Source: Patescibacteria group bacterium | Lineage (GTDB): Bacteria; Patescibacteriota; Microgenomatia; UBA1400; 2-01-FULL-45-11 | Direction: 5' to 3' | Length of the DNA: 64,000 bases | NCBI GenBank assembly: GCA_042569595.1 | Contig: JBHPHI010000001.1 | Coordinates: 8,326-72,325, forward strand | In this document: positions 1 through 13,323 of the stretch, in pieces | Position numbering within the stretch: position 1 is the stretch's first letter | Layout: every line of letters starts with the position of its first letter | The notes under the pieces: generated by a model | Seen by the model: the letters and a program-made list of their open reading frames with translations, nothing else | Told to the model about the DNA's origin: nothing | Databases searched by the model: none | Made by a program: the position numbers and the translations under genes

Positions 1-27
1 TCTTACTAAACCTACTATTTCTCACAC

Positions 28-669
28 TTAAAGATATTCCGGATACGATGGCCACCCTAAAAGCACTCCCAAAGCGAAAGCCAATTTTACATCGCCCCAG
101 CCCATACCCCTTCCTTTTGTTGCAAATATTAAGAGAGAGAAAAACGCTGAAAGACCCAATCCCGACACAACAGCCAACCACAAATCCCCAGATTGCATCA
201 CGCCAGTATTTACTAAAATTGTCCTATATATAAGTGCAAATATGCTTAGGAGTATTACTGTATAATCCGGAATCAAAAATGTCATGTAGTCCGTTACTAA
301 AACTATCAATAAAAGAACTCCTACAATCAGCCAATAAGCTGGCTGAATAAAGTTAAAAGGTTGCTGAGTTAATTGAAAAAAAGCAGATCCGACCAAATAC
401 CACCAAACAAACAAAACTCCAGTCATCCCTTCAACTACAGGGTACTGCAAAGAAATTGGTTTTTTACACTTCCTACATTTACCTCTCAATGCAACGTAAG
501 ACAGTAAAGGAATATTGTCATACCAAGCTATCGTTTTTTTACAAGAAGTGCACCTTGATCTTCCTTCAAGCGGAGACTCATCATTTAGCGTCCTGTAAAT
601 AACAACATTTAGAAAACTCCCTATAGAGAGCCCAAACAAAAATACGATCAATACAATAAAAAGATGCAT
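28..669 (-). CDS. pilD: prepilin peptidase / N-methyltransferase (peptidase A24, PilD-like); C-terminus looks short
   Basis: CxxC...CxxC zinc motif (CTSCKK...CRKCKK), polytopic TM profile, Asp motifs LIPD and GWGDVKL. The ORF stops about 22 aa after the second Asp motif. Confidence 0.85.
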   Translation of the reverse strand: MHLFIVLIVFLFGLSIGSFLNVVIYRTLNDESPLEGRSRCTSCKKTIAWYDNIPLLSYVALRGKCRKCKKPISLQYPVVEGMTGVLFVWWYLVGSAFFQLTQQPFNFIQPAYWLIVGVLLLIVLVTDYMTFLIPDYTVILLSIFALIYRTILVNTGVMQSGDLWLAVVSGLGLSAFFSLLIFATKGRGMGWGDVKLAFALGVLLGWPSYPEYL

Positions 670-708
670 AGTGTTGTTCTATATAAAATCCCTGTCCTTT
701 TCAAGCAC

Positions 709-732
709 AAAAAAGCCCCTCAGGAGAGGGGC
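709..732 (-). terminator. rho-independent terminator downstream of the pilin gene
   Basis: GCCCCTC(715-721)/GAGGGGC(726-732) 7-bp GC-rich stem, 4-nt loop. A-run 709-714 on + gives a U-tract on the minus transcript. Confidence 0.7.
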
Positions 733-751
733 TTAATATAAATATCATCAA

Positions 752-1399
752 TTACGGCAAACAAATTAGCTCATCAACATAAGTGGTAGCACCTGGTGAG
801 TTTGGACATGCATTTGTTGGAAGTTCCGCATACCTTGCTTCACATCCATCCACTGCTTCTTGCTCAAACGCGCTAGATGAAGGAGTAAAACAAATATATA
901 CACTATCATCAGTATTGGCATCAGCAGCATCTCTTTTGAATACATAAGTAGCATTTGTTGGTCGAATATTTTCTATTTGATTAATAAAGCTTTCTTTCAC
1001 CTCTTCGGTGGAAGTTAGGGCAGCCAACCAAGGTGAGTGAGCGCTATATCCAGCCCCACCAATCTGACAAAAACCATTAGTAGTTAAACAAGCAGTAGTT
1101 GCGGCTCCCGGAAGTTCTTCCGTTGGAAGAGTGTCAGCAGTATCTCCACCACCATAGCTAAAATCATTCCACGGATATATTTCGTGAATGGCATAATACC
1201 TATCAATTGCATTCAGCAATTGAGCAGCGTTAGAACGAACCCTAGTATCTCTACCTTTATTTATCTGTTCAACCGGATTAATAGAGGAAAGAACAGCAAC
1301 AGCTAACACACCTATCACTGCAATAACAACAAGAAGTTCGATCATGGTAAAACCACCACTACCTCCTCCAAGTCTTATTTTTTGAAAAATTTTTCTCAT
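752..1399 (-). CDS. type IV pilin-like protein (prepilin-type N-terminal cleavage/methylation domain)
   Basis: Leader MRKIFQKIRLGGGSGG followed by FTMIELLVVIAVIGVLAVAVL (G|FTxxE class III signal); Cys-rich C-terminal half. Confidence 0.8.
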   Translation of the reverse strand: MRKIFQKIRLGGGSGGFTMIELLVVIAVIGVLAVAVLSSINPVEQINKGRDTRVRSNAAQLLNAIDRYYAIHEIYPWNDFSYGGGDTADTLPTEELPGAATTACLTTNGFCQIGGAGYSAHSPWLAALTSTEEVKESFINQIENIRPTNATYVFKRDAADANTDDSVYICFTPSSSAFEQEAVDGCEARYAELPTNACPNSPGATTYVDELICLP

Positions 1400-1415
1400 G
1401 GCAGACCTTTCTTTT

Positions 1416-2615
1416 TTAAAATTGACTAGTAAGGTTGTATATCGGCATCACGATTGCAATTATCAAAAACGCCACACCTACGCCTAGTAAGATCATGATA
1501 AGAGGCTCTAAAGCGGTTGTCAAATTTTTTATCAAGCTTTCAGCTTCTGCCTCAAAATAAGTAGACACTTTAAGTAAAACTTCATCTAATTTTCCAGTTT
1601 CTTCTCCCACCGCTACCATCTGAGGAACAATCATTGGATATAGACTGTCATTCAACAATGTATCCGCAAGAGGAACACCTTTTTCTACAGACTTTGAAAT
1701 CTTCAGTATTGCTGTTCTATATACCTGATTTCCCACAGCTTCAGCAGAGATATTCAAAGCTTCAAGAATTGATACGCCTGCGCTTATCAGCAAAGCCAGC
1801 GTTCTTGAAAATTCAGCTAATATTATTTTTTTGCGAAGCATTCCAAAAACTGGCATTTTTAATAAATATTCATCTACTTTTTTCTGGCCTTTTTTAGTTT
1901 TTTTCCAAGACATAAGACCATAAACCCCCCCCACAGCCACCAAAATAAACACATACCACAGTTTAGAAAAGAATTTTGAGACATTAATAAGCATTTGTGT
2001 TGCAAAAGGCAAGTCTGCCCCAAAATCCTCATACATCACAGTAAGTTTTGGTATCACAAAAACCATCATCACGAATGTCACCAAAAGCATTCCAATAACA
2101 ACGATAATTGGATAAACCAAGGCTCCTTTTGTTTTTGATTTAAAGTCCTCTTGGGTCTCCATGTTGTCTGCCAATCGATTTAAAATATTATCCAAAACTC
2201 CAGCAGCTTCACCAGCTCTTATTAAAGACACATATACCTTTGAAAAAGCTTCATGCTTATCCATTGCGTCACCTAAAGAAATTCCACCCTGCACATCCCT
2301 CATCACTTCATCAATGATCTTCCCAAACTCTACATTTCCTTGATTCTTTAAAACATTTAAGGCTTGAGTGAGGGGAAGTCCTGAATTTATCATTGTAGCC
2401 AGCTGACGAGTGAAAGTAACAATGTCCTTGCTTTTTATCTTGCTCATTCCAGAAAGAAGATTCCCAAACAAGGGTTCTGAAGTATTTTTTAAAGAGATTA
2501 TTACTAATTGACGAGATCGCAACTGTCCCAACGCCTGAGCTTCAGAATTAGCTTCAATTTTACCTTTAACTTTCTCACCGGATTTTTTTTTAGCTACATA
2601 ATCAAATATGATCAT
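1416..2615 (-). CDS. pilC: type IV pilus assembly platform protein PilC (GspF family)
   Basis: 399 aa, duplicated GspF-type domain with three TM segments; sits between pilT and the pilin gene. Confidence 0.9.
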   Translation of the reverse strand: MIIFDYVAKKKSGEKVKGKIEANSEAQALGQLRSRQLVIISLKNTSEPLFGNLLSGMSKIKSKDIVTFTRQLATMINSGLPLTQALNVLKNQGNVEFGKIIDEVMRDVQGGISLGDAMDKHEAFSKVYVSLIRAGEAAGVLDNILNRLADNMETQEDFKSKTKGALVYPIIVVIGMLLVTFVMMVFVIPKLTVMYEDFGADLPFATQMLINVSKFFSKLWYVFILVAVGGVYGLMSWKKTKKGQKKVDEYLLKMPVFGMLRKKIILAEFSRTLALLISAGVSILEALNISAEAVGNQVYRTAILKISKSVEKGVPLADTLLNDSLYPMIVPQMVAVGEETGKLDEVLLKVSTYFEAEAESLIKNLTTALEPLIMILLGVGVAFLIIAIVMPIYNLTSQF

Positions 2616-2616
2616 C

Positions 2617-3681
2617 TTACATTCCTGATTGAACTAGTCTCACCAATTCAGTAGGTCTTAACGCGTGTTCTTTTGCAACATCCATTGAAACTGTTCCATT
2701 CTTCACCCAATACGCCAAACTAGTTTCCAACGTCATCATTCCCACCTCAGAAGAGGTTTGAATAATATTGTCAATCTGATGGCTTTTCCCTTCACGTATA
2801 GTATTCCGCACAGCCGAATTTCCAAGGAGAACCTCCGTAGCCGGAACCCTCTTTCCCTCAACAGTTGGAATCAATCTTTGTGATAAAACGACTTCTAAGG
2901 AGTTTGATAACTGCATCCTAACCTGAGATTGTTGATGTTCTGGAAAAACATCAATTATTCTATCAATTGTTTGAGCAGCAGAGTTCGTGTGAAGTGTAGC
3001 TAAAACAACATGTCCTGTTTCTGCCACAGTTATTGCAGCAGCAATTGTCTCGTAGTCTCTCATTTCTCCCACCAAAACAATATCAGGGTCCTCGCGCAAA
3101 GCACTTCTTAACGCTACATCCCAAGAATGAGTATCATTGTGTAGCTCCCTCTGAGAAATAATTGATTTTTGAGGAGAATATACAAACTCAATTGGATCTT
3201 CAATAGTAACAATATGCTCAGCTCTCGATTGATTTATCTCTTCAATAATTGAAGCTAAAGTACTCGATTTTCCATGACCAGTTGGACCTGTACATAAAAT
3301 CAGTCCCTGTCTTAGTTGAGTAAAATTATGAACAATTGAAGGAAGCCTTAATTCGTTTATTGTTGGAACTTTTGGTGGAATCAAACGAAGCGAAGCAGCA
3401 GGACTGCCTTTTTGGTGATACACATTTACCCTAAATCTTCCCAGATCTCCAAAACGGTAAGAAAAATCTAATTCTTTATTGTTCGCGTATATTTCTTTTT
3501 GTTCTGGAGTTAGTAGAGATTGCACAAACTCAGTAGATTGCTCTACGGTCAGCAACGACATACCCTCAACTGGGGTTAATCTCCCTTCTATTCTTAGTGT
3601 TGGAGGAGTTCCAACCACCATATGAAGGTCAGACGCCTTCTTATCAACCACCATTTGTAATAGTTTTGATCCAAGATTCAT
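2617..3681 (-). CDS. pilT: twitching motility / pilus retraction ATPase PilT
   Basis: Walker A GPTGHGKS, Asp box and His box (ATLHTNSAAQTIDRI), about 350 aa as is typical of PilT. Confidence 0.9.
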   Translation of the reverse strand: MNLGSKLLQMVVDKKASDLHMVVGTPPTLRIEGRLTPVEGMSLLTVEQSTEFVQSLLTPEQKEIYANNKELDFSYRFGDLGRFRVNVYHQKGSPAASLRLIPPKVPTINELRLPSIVHNFTQLRQGLILCTGPTGHGKSSTLASIIEEINQSRAEHIVTIEDPIEFVYSPQKSIISQRELHNDTHSWDVALRSALREDPDIVLVGEMRDYETIAAAITVAETGHVVLATLHTNSAAQTIDRIIDVFPEHQQSQVRMQLSNSLEVVLSQRLIPTVEGKRVPATEVLLGNSAVRNTIREGKSHQIDNIIQTSSEVGMMTLETSLAYWVKNGTVSMDVAKEHALRPTELVRLVQSGM

Positions 3682-3683
3682 AA

Positions 3684-5744
3684 TTACACCTCAGCCACTC
3701 TCAACACTTCTTCAAGTGTTGTTGCTCCCTCAAGGGACTTCATATAACCATCCTGCTTCATTAGCATCATTCCCTCAGCGATAGCTGCTTCTTCAACCGC
3801 GGATGCGGGAGCTCTCTCCAATATCAATTTACTTATGGAGTTTGTAATAGGCATCACTTCAAATATTCCAATTCGCCCAGAATAACCAGAATCACCACAC
3901 TCAGAACATCCCTTGCCCTTAAATAGGGTAGGTTGCTTTCCATTTATTTTCTTCTGCTTTACAAATCCATCATATAAAGAACCCAACACATCCTTAATAT
4001 CATCTATAACTTCTTGTTCTGGAGAATATTCTTCCTTACAGTGTTCACAAATTTTTCTTGTAACACGCTGGGCCACAATCGCCGTCATAGAAGATGCGAG
4101 TAAAAACGGCTCAGCTTCCATATCCAATAAACGAGGTAGCGCTCCGGCTGAGGAATTTGTATGCAGAGTAGAGAACACCAAGTGACCCGTCAGAGATGCT
4201 TGAATTGCCAAATCCGCAGTTTCATTATCTCTAACCTCTCCTACCATAATTACATTAGGATCTTGCCTCAAAAAACTTCGTAATCCGGAGGCAAAAGTCA
4301 GTCCAGCAGTAGTATTTATTTGAACCTGATTCACGCCAGGCATTTCGTACTCAACTGGATCTTCCAAAGTAATAATGTTCACCTTTGGAGTGTTGATTTT
4401 ACTTAAAATTGCATAAAGAGTAGTTGTTTTACCAGATCCAGTAGGCCCCGTAATCAAAACAATTCCGTGAGGAACAAGAACTGCATCTTCAAGATTTTTC
4501 AAAGCTCGCCCCCTAAGACCCAGGTCTGGAAGGGTTGGAACAACACTAGTCTTCTTCAGTAACCTCATCACAACTTTTTCTCCATGAACAGTTGGTAAGC
4601 TTGAAACACGAAGGTCAACCTCTTCATTGTTTGCGGTGAAATTAAAACGACCATCTTGAGGCAATCGACGCTCATCAATCTTAAGTCTTGCCAAAATCTT
4701 TATTCTTGAAACTACTGCGTCATGCACTTTCAATGGAAGAACTAATTTTTCTCTCAAAATTCCGTCTATTCTATAACGAACTCTTGTCTTTGTTTCTTGA
4801 GGTTCGATATGAACATCACTCGCGCGAGACCGAAGAGCAAAAGTAAGCAAGGTCTCAACAATTTTTGCAATAGGAGCCTCTCGAATAACTTGCCCTAACT
4901 GAGTAACATCGATTGTCCTTTTAGTTGCTTCTTGGGTATCTTTTAATGCTGCTGAAACTTCTCCTGATAGGGTTTGAGCATACTGCTCAGAAAAAGCCAG
5001 ATCCATATCAGATTCTGTTACCAAATGAGGAACAACTCTCATTCCTGTTTTCTTTTCAACAAAGTCAATCGCTTGTAAATCCAACGGATTTACCATAGCC
5101 ACAGAAAGAGTGTTGTTTTTATTGTCGACAGAGAAGGGGAGAGTTTTGTATCTTCTAGAAACAGCTTCCGGCAAAACAGAAAGGGCTTCTGGAGAAACAG
5201 CAACTTCTGCCAATTTTATATATGGAACGTTCAAATACTCAGCTCTTGCCTGGGAAAAAGCATCTTCTGACACTAGGCCTTGCTCCAACAAAATATCTTC
5301 AGCTCGCTTTCCGGTCCTAGCACTTTCTACTCTAAGCTCCTCAAACTGACCATCAGATATCAATTCTTTTTTATGAAGAACATCCAAAATGGAGTTTGAC
5401 ACACTAGAACTTGATATCCCATTAGAAGGTTGCTCTTTTTTTGATGGCGAGCTTTTCTCACTCTCGACTCCAGCATCACCATCCAATAAACTGGCTGAGC
5501 CAGTCGTCTTGTCAACAGGCTTTACATTTCCAGACTCATCAATTTCTTGAATTAAAGCCTCCCCATCATCAGATTTAGGTAATTGTTCAACTACATCCTG
5601 GGGGCTTTCAGTTTGTTGATTATTAAGATCGTTTGAAAAACTTCCAACAGGCTCTACGGGAACATCATTTACTGCATCAACCTGGCTTGCAGGAACAGCA
5701 TCATTATTGCTTTGGTTTGGATTCTGGGCAGGTGTTTGATCCAT
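3684..5744 (-). CDS. pilB: type IV pilus assembly ATPase PilB (GspE family) with long low-complexity N-terminal extension
   Basis: Walker A GPTGSGKT, STLHTNS His box, C-terminal CxxC...CxxC (CEHCKE...CSECGDSG), GspII_E N-domain. Confidence 0.9.
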   Translation of the reverse strand: MDQTPAQNPNQSNNDAVPASQVDAVNDVPVEPVGSFSNDLNNQQTESPQDVVEQLPKSDDGEALIQEIDESGNVKPVDKTTGSASLLDGDAGVESEKSSPSKKEQPSNGISSSSVSNSILDVLHKKELISDGQFEELRVESARTGKRAEDILLEQGLVSEDAFSQARAEYLNVPYIKLAEVAVSPEALSVLPEAVSRRYKTLPFSVDNKNNTLSVAMVNPLDLQAIDFVEKKTGMRVVPHLVTESDMDLAFSEQYAQTLSGEVSAALKDTQEATKRTIDVTQLGQVIREAPIAKIVETLLTFALRSRASDVHIEPQETKTRVRYRIDGILREKLVLPLKVHDAVVSRIKILARLKIDERRLPQDGRFNFTANNEEVDLRVSSLPTVHGEKVVMRLLKKTSVVPTLPDLGLRGRALKNLEDAVLVPHGIVLITGPTGSGKTTTLYAILSKINTPKVNIITLEDPVEYEMPGVNQVQINTTAGLTFASGLRSFLRQDPNVIMVGEVRDNETADLAIQASLTGHLVFSTLHTNSSAGALPRLLDMEAEPFLLASSMTAIVAQRVTRKICEHCKEEYSPEQEVIDDIKDVLGSLYDGFVKQKKINGKQPTLFKGKGCSECGDSGYSGRIGIFEVMPITNSISKLILERAPASAVEEAAIAEGMMLMKQDGYMKSLEGATTLEEVLRVAEV

Positions 5745-5792
5745 ATTTACAACAAAAACTTACCGATTATCGGCTAATTTCTGCTAAAAACA

Positions 5793-6488
5793 GTGTATTT
5801 AATTCACTCAATAAATGCAATACGCCATGCTACAATCCAATCACTTATGCATTCACATCTAATAATCTCGCCCTCAAAACAAGCGCTCGAAATCGCAAGC
5901 CAGATCTCTCCACAAGAAATTAAAAGTGGAATAGACGTTTTTATTTCAAACGATGAAGGATCTCTCGGAATAGAAGCCATTAGAAACCTAAAAATTTTTC
6001 TACAAAAAAAGCCTTTCGAAAAAGACTATCAAATTGTATATATCGAATCCGCGGAAAGACTTACAGTTCCAGCCCAAAACTCCCTGCTCAAAACCCTCGA
6101 AGAACCGCCTCCAAATTGTATTATCTTCCTCACTACAACATCATCTGACAAGCTCCTTCCTACCGTAATTTCCAGATGCCAAATTCATCGCAACAAGCGA
6201 GAAATTAAAAAGGTTGATAACTCAAATGACTTTAAAACAACGTATAAGGAAATACTGTCATCTTCTGTTTCCCAAAAAGTTTCAATAGCTCAAGAGCATG
6301 CATACCCCAAAGACAAAACAAAGATACTTCTTCAAAATGCCATCGAACTTTTTAGAAAAATGCTTTATCAAAACCCAACAAACGAAATAAAAAACAACCT
6401 TAAAATTGCACAAAAATCTTTATTAAGAATCCAACAAAACGTCGATCCTCGCTTAACCATTGAACATTTTTTCATAAACCTCTCTTAA
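5793..6488 (+). CDS. holB: DNA polymerase III delta-prime-like clamp-loader subunit (likely start at 5847, MHSHL...)
   Basis: Motif AQNSLLKTLEEPPPNCIIFLTT...LPTVISRCQ (sensor-1/SRC region of clamp-loader AAA+); no P-loop, as in delta-prime. Confidence 0.7.
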   Translation: MYLIHSINAIRHATIQSLMHSHLIISPSKQALEIASQISPQEIKSGIDVFISNDEGSLGIEAIRNLKIFLQKKPFEKDYQIVYIESAERLTVPAQNSLLKTLEEPPPNCIIFLTTTSSDKLLPTVISRCQIHRNKREIKKVDNSNDFKTTYKEILSSSVSQKVSIAQEHAYPKDKTKILLQNAIELFRKMLYQNPTNEIKNNLKIAQKSLLRIQQNVDPRLTIEHFFINLS

Positions 6489-6545
6489 AAAAACTCTCAT
6501 TCCTGATAAAATACACCCAAGTAATATAGTAGGAAACTTGAAAAT

Positions 6546-6989
6546 ATGAAAATAACCATTTGCGGTAGCATGGCTAAATTAAACAAAATGCTAGAACTTC
6601 AAAAAAATCTTGAGAAAATCGGACATGCTGTTAAAGTCCCTCAGATCGAAATCAAAAACCAAGAAGGTGAGCTACTCACTCAAAAGCAATACGACTCTAT
6701 CCGAAAAACTGCTAAAAACGAGGATCGTTGGGTGTGGGATATAAATAGAGAAGCTATGCGCGATCACTTTGTTAAAATTACCTGGTCAGATGCCATACTA
6801 ATCCCAAACTATGAAAAAGACGATGTGCCGAATTACATCGGACCCAACACTCTTATGGAAATGGGTTTGGCTTTATTCCTCAACAAAAAAATATTCCTTC
6901 TCAATCAAATTCCAGATATTCCAAGTAAAGAAGAAATTCTTGGAGTGGACCCTGTTATTCTTGATGGAGACCTTTCAAAAATTCAATAA
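6546..6989 (+). CDS. nucleoside 2-deoxyribosyltransferase-like protein (stand-alone, no RHH tail)
   Basis: N-terminal MKITICGSM beta-strand/Gly motif and later ...NTLMEMGLALFLNKKIF (acidic residue plus GxA...KP-like strand), typical of the NDT fold. Recognised by eye only. Confidence 0.5.
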   Translation: MKITICGSMAKLNKMLELQKNLEKIGHAVKVPQIEIKNQEGELLTQKQYDSIRKTAKNEDRWVWDINREAMRDHFVKITWSDAILIPNYEKDDVPNYIGPNTLMEMGLALFLNKKIFLLNQIPDIPSKEEILGVDPVILDGDLSKIQ

Positions 6990-7000
6990 AAATTCATAGA

Positions 7001-7018
7001 CAGAGGAGGATTCCTCTG
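7001..7018 (+). terminator. hairpin after the 6546-6989 gene (weak terminator candidate, no U-tract)
   Basis: CAGAGGA ggat TCCTCTG, perfect 7-bp stem. Confidence 0.3.
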
Positions 7019-7082
7019 CTTAGACAAAGTCTCATCAAATGACCATCTAATGGCTAGACTCGCGATGGATCGTTTGATATAG

Positions 7083-9086
<2,004 letters not shown>

Positions 9087-9095
9087 GGAAAACAT

Positions 9096-10040
9096 ATGAA
9101 AACCTATATCATTGGCCACAGAAAACCAGACACAGACTCAGTAGTAGCTCCTATGGCTCTTGCATATTTATATAAACAAAAAGACTGTTTTGGATACGAA
9201 AATCCTACCCCTGTCATAACGGAAGAAATAAATCCTGAAACAAAATATCTTTTAGAAAAATTCAATGTTCAAGCGCCCCAGATCATCACATCAAAAGACA
9301 TCGACTCACAAGACAGGGTAGTTTTGATTGATCACAACGAAGAATCTCAAAGATTAGAGGGCTTAAACCCTGAGCAAATATCCGATATTATTGATCACCA
9401 CAAAGCGAATATTAATTTCAACTCACCCATATATCTAACGTTCAAAGCTTGGGGGTCATCAGCTACTATCGTTTATTTCCTTATGAGGCAAAATGATGTT
9501 GCTCCAGATAAAACTCTGGCCAGTCTTATGTTGGCTGCAATTTTATCTGACACTGTTGGCTTCAAGTCTGCCACATGCACCCCAAAAGACAAAGAGGTTG
9601 GAAAAGAATTGGCAGAAATAGCAGAAATAACAGACCTTGAGTCTTTCACATTAGAAATATTCAAAGCAAAGTCAAACATTAGCAACCTATCAGACGAACA
9701 AATCGTAAAAAACGATTATAAGGTTTTTGAGTTTGATCAAAAAACATTCATCGATCAACTTGAAACTGTTGAACAAGAAGAGATTATTTCAAATAAAAAA
9801 GAAGATCTCCTAAAAGCCATGCATCAGGTAAAACAAGACGAAAATGTTCAACTTCTTTTTGTGGCAGTAACAGATGTTTTAAAAGTAAACACAAAACTTC
9901 TCGTTCTTGGAGACGAGGAAAAAGAAGTTGCTCAAAAAGCTTTTGGAGGCAATGTTGAAAACAACGTTCTAGACATTGGATCAAAAATGTCCAGAAAGAA
10001 AGAAATTGCCCCAGCGATAGAAAAGGCATTAAGTAAATAA
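9096..10040 (+). CDS. ppaC: family II (Mn-dependent, DHH/DHHA2) inorganic pyrophosphatase
   Basis: [15 protein letters not shown] and IIDHHK motifs plus a DHHA2-like C-terminal domain; about 310 aa. Confidence 0.85.
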   Translation: MKTYIIGHRKPDTDSVVAPMALAYLYKQKDCFGYENPTPVITEEINPETKYLLEKFNVQAPQIITSKDIDSQDRVVLIDHNEESQRLEGLNPEQISDIIDHHKANINFNSPIYLTFKAWGSSATIVYFLMRQNDVAPDKTLASLMLAAILSDTVGFKSATCTPKDKEVGKELAEIAEITDLESFTLEIFKAKSNISNLSDEQIVKNDYKVFEFDQKTFIDQLETVEQEEIISNKKEDLLKAMHQVKQDENVQLLFVAVTDVLKVNTKLLVLGDEEKEVAQKAFGGNVENNVLDIGSKMSRKKEIAPAIEKALSK

Positions 10041-10041
10041 A

Positions 10042-12720
10042 ATGACAGATAAACCAAAAGACATCCAACCAGAAAATCAAAATCCTGAAGAGGAGCTAGA
10101 AGAAGATGCGCAATTTGATTCGACTCCAAAACAAACTGATTATGGTTTGATAAAACCTGTCAAAATCACGCAAGAAATGGAAAAATCATATCTTGATTAC
10201 GCTATGTCTGTTATTGTTTCCCGCGCTCTTCCAGACGTAAGAGATGGATTAAAACCAGTTCATAGACGTATTTTATACGCCATGAAAGGCCTTGGTCTTA
10301 CAAGTAATGCCTCATACAAAAAATGTGCCAGGATCGTTGGAGAAGTACTGGGAAAATATCACCCACACGGAGACACAGCAGTTTACGATGCGCTCGTTCG
10401 TTTAGCTCAAAGTTTTTCCGTTCGCTACCCATTAATAGATGGGCAAGGAAACTTTGGATCCGTCGACGGAGATTCCGCAGCTGCCATGCGTTATACCGAA
10501 GCAAAGCTATCCAAAATCACCAACGAACTACTTGTTGATTTAGACAAAAACACAGTAGATTTTCGAGACAACTTTGATGGATCAGAGCAAGAACCCACAG
10601 TTCTTCCCGCCAACTTACCAAACCTTCTATTAATGGGAGGGGATGGTATTGCAGTTGGTATGGCTACCAAAATTCCACCACACAATCTCTCTGAAGTAAT
10701 AGATGCCACTATTGATCTAATTGATTCAGCCAAAATAGAAAAGACTAAATCCAAACAAAAAACTGAAGAGGAAGTAGCAGAAGCAGAACCAAAAGATCTC
10801 CTTGGAGATTTTGATTTTGAATCTACCATAGATGACCTACTAAAACACATAAACGGGCCAGACTTTCCAACTGGATCAACCATGTACGACTGGGAATCCA
10901 TCAGAGAAGCTTATGTAACAGGAAGAGGAAGAATTGTTCAAAGAGCCAAAGCAGTAATAGAGGAAGATAAAAAAGGTCGTTTCCATATAGTCATTACCGA
11001 AATTCCATATCAAGTAAATAAATCTCGATTAGTTGCAAAAATTGCAGATCTTGTTCGAAAGAAAAAGATTGACGGAATATCAGACTTACGAGATGAATCT
11101 GATAGAGAAGGAATGCGCGTAGTTGTTGATCTGAAACGAGATGGTAGACCAAAGTCTGTACTAAATAATCTATACAAACAGACCCAATTACAAGACACAT
11201 TCTCAGCCAACATGGTTGCCTTAAACTCAGACGGTACTCCACAACTCATGAACCTAAAAACCATATTGTCCGAGTACGTTAAACACAGACAACTTGTCAT
11301 CACCAGAAGATCACAGCACGAACTTATAGCCGCCAGACACAGAGCCCACATTCTAGAAGGACTCCTTATTGCCTTAAACAACCTCGATGAAGTTATTGAA
11401 ACTATTAGAAAATCTAAAGATGTCGATACTGCTCGCGCAAACTTAATAAAAAAATTCAAACTTTCAGAGATTCAAGCTACCGCAATTTTAGACATGCAAC
11501 TTCGAAGACTAGCTGCTCTTGAAAGACAAAAAATTGAAGATGAATACAAAGCCATCAAAGCCAAAATCGATTTCCTCGTTGACCTCCTAAATAATCCAGT
11601 CAAGGTTCTTGCAACAGTAGCTGAAGAACTAAAAGAGGCCAAAGAAAAATACCAAGATGAAAGAAGAACCAAACTAGTCAAATCAAAACTCGGTGAATTC
11701 AATGAAGAAGACCTGATTCCCTCAGAAGAAAATATCGTCACTATTACAGAGTCAGGCTACATCAAGCGTATGCCTGTCAACGCATATAGAAGCCAAAGAA
11801 GAGGTGGTAAGGGTGTCACTGGCATGAAAACAAAAGAGGAAGACCCAGTTGCAAAAATTCTAACAGCCAACACCCACGACAACATGCTTGTCTTTACCAA
11901 TAAGGGAAAGGTGTTTAAGTTGCGAGTTTACGAACTTCCAGAAGGATCCAGACAAGCAAAAGGTAGTAACGTCATCAACCTTATCAATATTGCACAAGAT
12001 GAACTCATTCAAAGTGTCATTACTGTTAGCTCCAAACTTGATCAGATAAAGGACCAATATATTGCACTTGCTACCAAGAAAGGCCTAGTAAAAAAGACTG
12101 CCGTCAGCAAATTCCAAAACATCAGAACAAGCGGTATTATTGCCGTTCAACTAAATGATGGTGATGAATTAGTTTGGGGTAATGTCACCAACGGAAACAG
12201 CGACATCATCCTAATCACTCACTTCGGAAAATCAATTAGATTTAGTGAAAATCAGGTCAGACCCACCTCAAGAGATACTAAAGGGGTAAAAGGTATTTCT
12301 CTTAAAAAAGAAGACTACGTCATGGCAGTTAGAAGACTCGATCCCAAGCCAGATAAGCCCGCGGACAAAAGACGAAAATTTTTCCATGACTTATTAATCA
12401 TCACTCAAAAAGGGTACGGAAAAAGAACCCCATTCGATCAATACCCAACTCAAAATAGGGGAGGACAAGGTGTGAAAGTGGCAAATCTTACTAAAAAAAC
12501 CGGAAACGTCGCCTCAGCACTCAGTGCAAATCAAGACCTTGATCAAATTCTCATCACCACCAAAGAAGCCCAAGTGATCAAACTCCCGCTCAAAAATATT
12601 CCTCAGCTTAAAAGACCTACACAAGGAGTCATACTTATGAGATTCAGCAAAAAGGATGATGGGGTTGTAGCCGCAGCTGCAATTAAAAAAGATAACGGTG
12701 AAGAAGAATTGCCCGAATAG
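10042..12720 (+). CDS. gyrA: DNA gyrase subunit A
   Basis: [32 protein letters not shown] (catalytic Tyr), C-terminal beta-pinwheel repeats; acidic C-terminal tail. Confidence 0.97.
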   Translation: MTDKPKDIQPENQNPEEELEEDAQFDSTPKQTDYGLIKPVKITQEMEKSYLDYAMSVIVSRALPDVRDGLKPVHRRILYAMKGLGLTSNASYKKCARIVGEVLGKYHPHGDTAVYDALVRLAQSFSVRYPLIDGQGNFGSVDGDSAAAMRYTEAKLSKITNELLVDLDKNTVDFRDNFDGSEQEPTVLPANLPNLLLMGGDGIAVGMATKIPPHNLSEVIDATIDLIDSAKIEKTKSKQKTEEEVAEAEPKDLLGDFDFESTIDDLLKHINGPDFPTGSTMYDWESIREAYVTGRGRIVQRAKAVIEEDKKGRFHIVITEIPYQVNKSRLVAKIADLVRKKKIDGISDLRDESDREGMRVVVDLKRDGRPKSVLNNLYKQTQLQDTFSANMVALNSDGTPQLMNLKTILSEYVKHRQLVITRRSQHELIAARHRAHILEGLLIALNNLDEVIETIRKSKDVDTARANLIKKFKLSEIQATAILDMQLRRLAALERQKIEDEYKAIKAKIDFLVDLLNNPVKVLATVAEELKEAKEKYQDERRTKLVKSKLGEFNEEDLIPSEENIVTITESGYIKRMPVNAYRSQRRGGKGVTGMKTKEEDPVAKILTANTHDNMLVFTNKGKVFKLRVYELPEGSRQAKGSNVINLINIAQDELIQSVITVSSKLDQIKDQYIALATKKGLVKKTAVSKFQNIRTSGIIAVQLNDGDELVWGNVTNGNSDIILITHFGKSIRFSENQVRPTSRDTKGVKGISLKKEDYVMAVRRLDPKPDKPADKRRKFFHDLLIITQKGYGKRTPFDQYPTQNRGGQGVKVANLTKKTGNVASALSANQDLDQILITTKEAQVIKLPLKNIPQLKRPTQGVILMRFSKKDDGVVAAAAIKKDNGEEELPE

Positions 12721-12738
12721 TCTTGGTACAATAATTTC

Positions 12739-13323
12739 ATGACAAAAAAACAGCTCCTTGCTGTAAAGCGATACGCAAAAGAAACCATGGCAAAAACCAT
12801 GGACAACATGCACACCTTCGAACACTTAGATAGGGTCAGGGGAAATGCTTTAAAAATTGTCAATATTCTTAAGATTGAAAAAGAGATCGACTTGAATCTT
12901 CTCCAGGCAGCCTGCTATCTTCACGACATTCACTACATTAATCATAGAAACAGTCTTATTACTTGGATGAAAGAAACCAAGTACTTAAAAGCAATGCTCC
13001 CGGACATAATTAAGCAGTTCAACCTAATAGAGTCAGATAGATATCTCCTCTCAGAGGCCGTTTACAATCACACTCACGCATTTCCTTTTAGAAGGCTAAA
13101 TCAAAAATATTCACTTTATTCTCAAATAGTCCAAGACGCAGATCAGCTTGAGATGTGGAGCAACACTAGGCTCATTAATTTAGAAAAAACAAAAAGTTTT
13201 TCCAGATTTTATAAAATAGTTTCGCTATTCTCAGGTCTTTTTATTAAAAGAATAAAGAAAAATGCAGATACGTATCTAAATTTTCCCCAAGTAATCGAAT
13301 ACTTCAAAGAAGACTACATGTAA
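12739..13323 (+). CDS. HD-domain phosphohydrolase-like protein
   Basis: H...HD metal motif (FEHLDRV...CYLHDIHY). TGgTACAAT -10 element lies 6 nt upstream of the ATG. The stop overlaps the alr start (TAATG). Confidence 0.55.
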   Translation: MTKKQLLAVKRYAKETMAKTMDNMHTFEHLDRVRGNALKIVNILKIEKEIDLNLLQAACYLHDIHYINHRNSLITWMKETKYLKAMLPDIIKQFNLIESDRYLLSEAVYNHTHAFPFRRLNQKYSLYSQIVQDADQLEMWSNTRLINLEKTKSFSRFYKIVSLFSGLFIKRIKKNADTYLNFPQVIEYFKEDYM

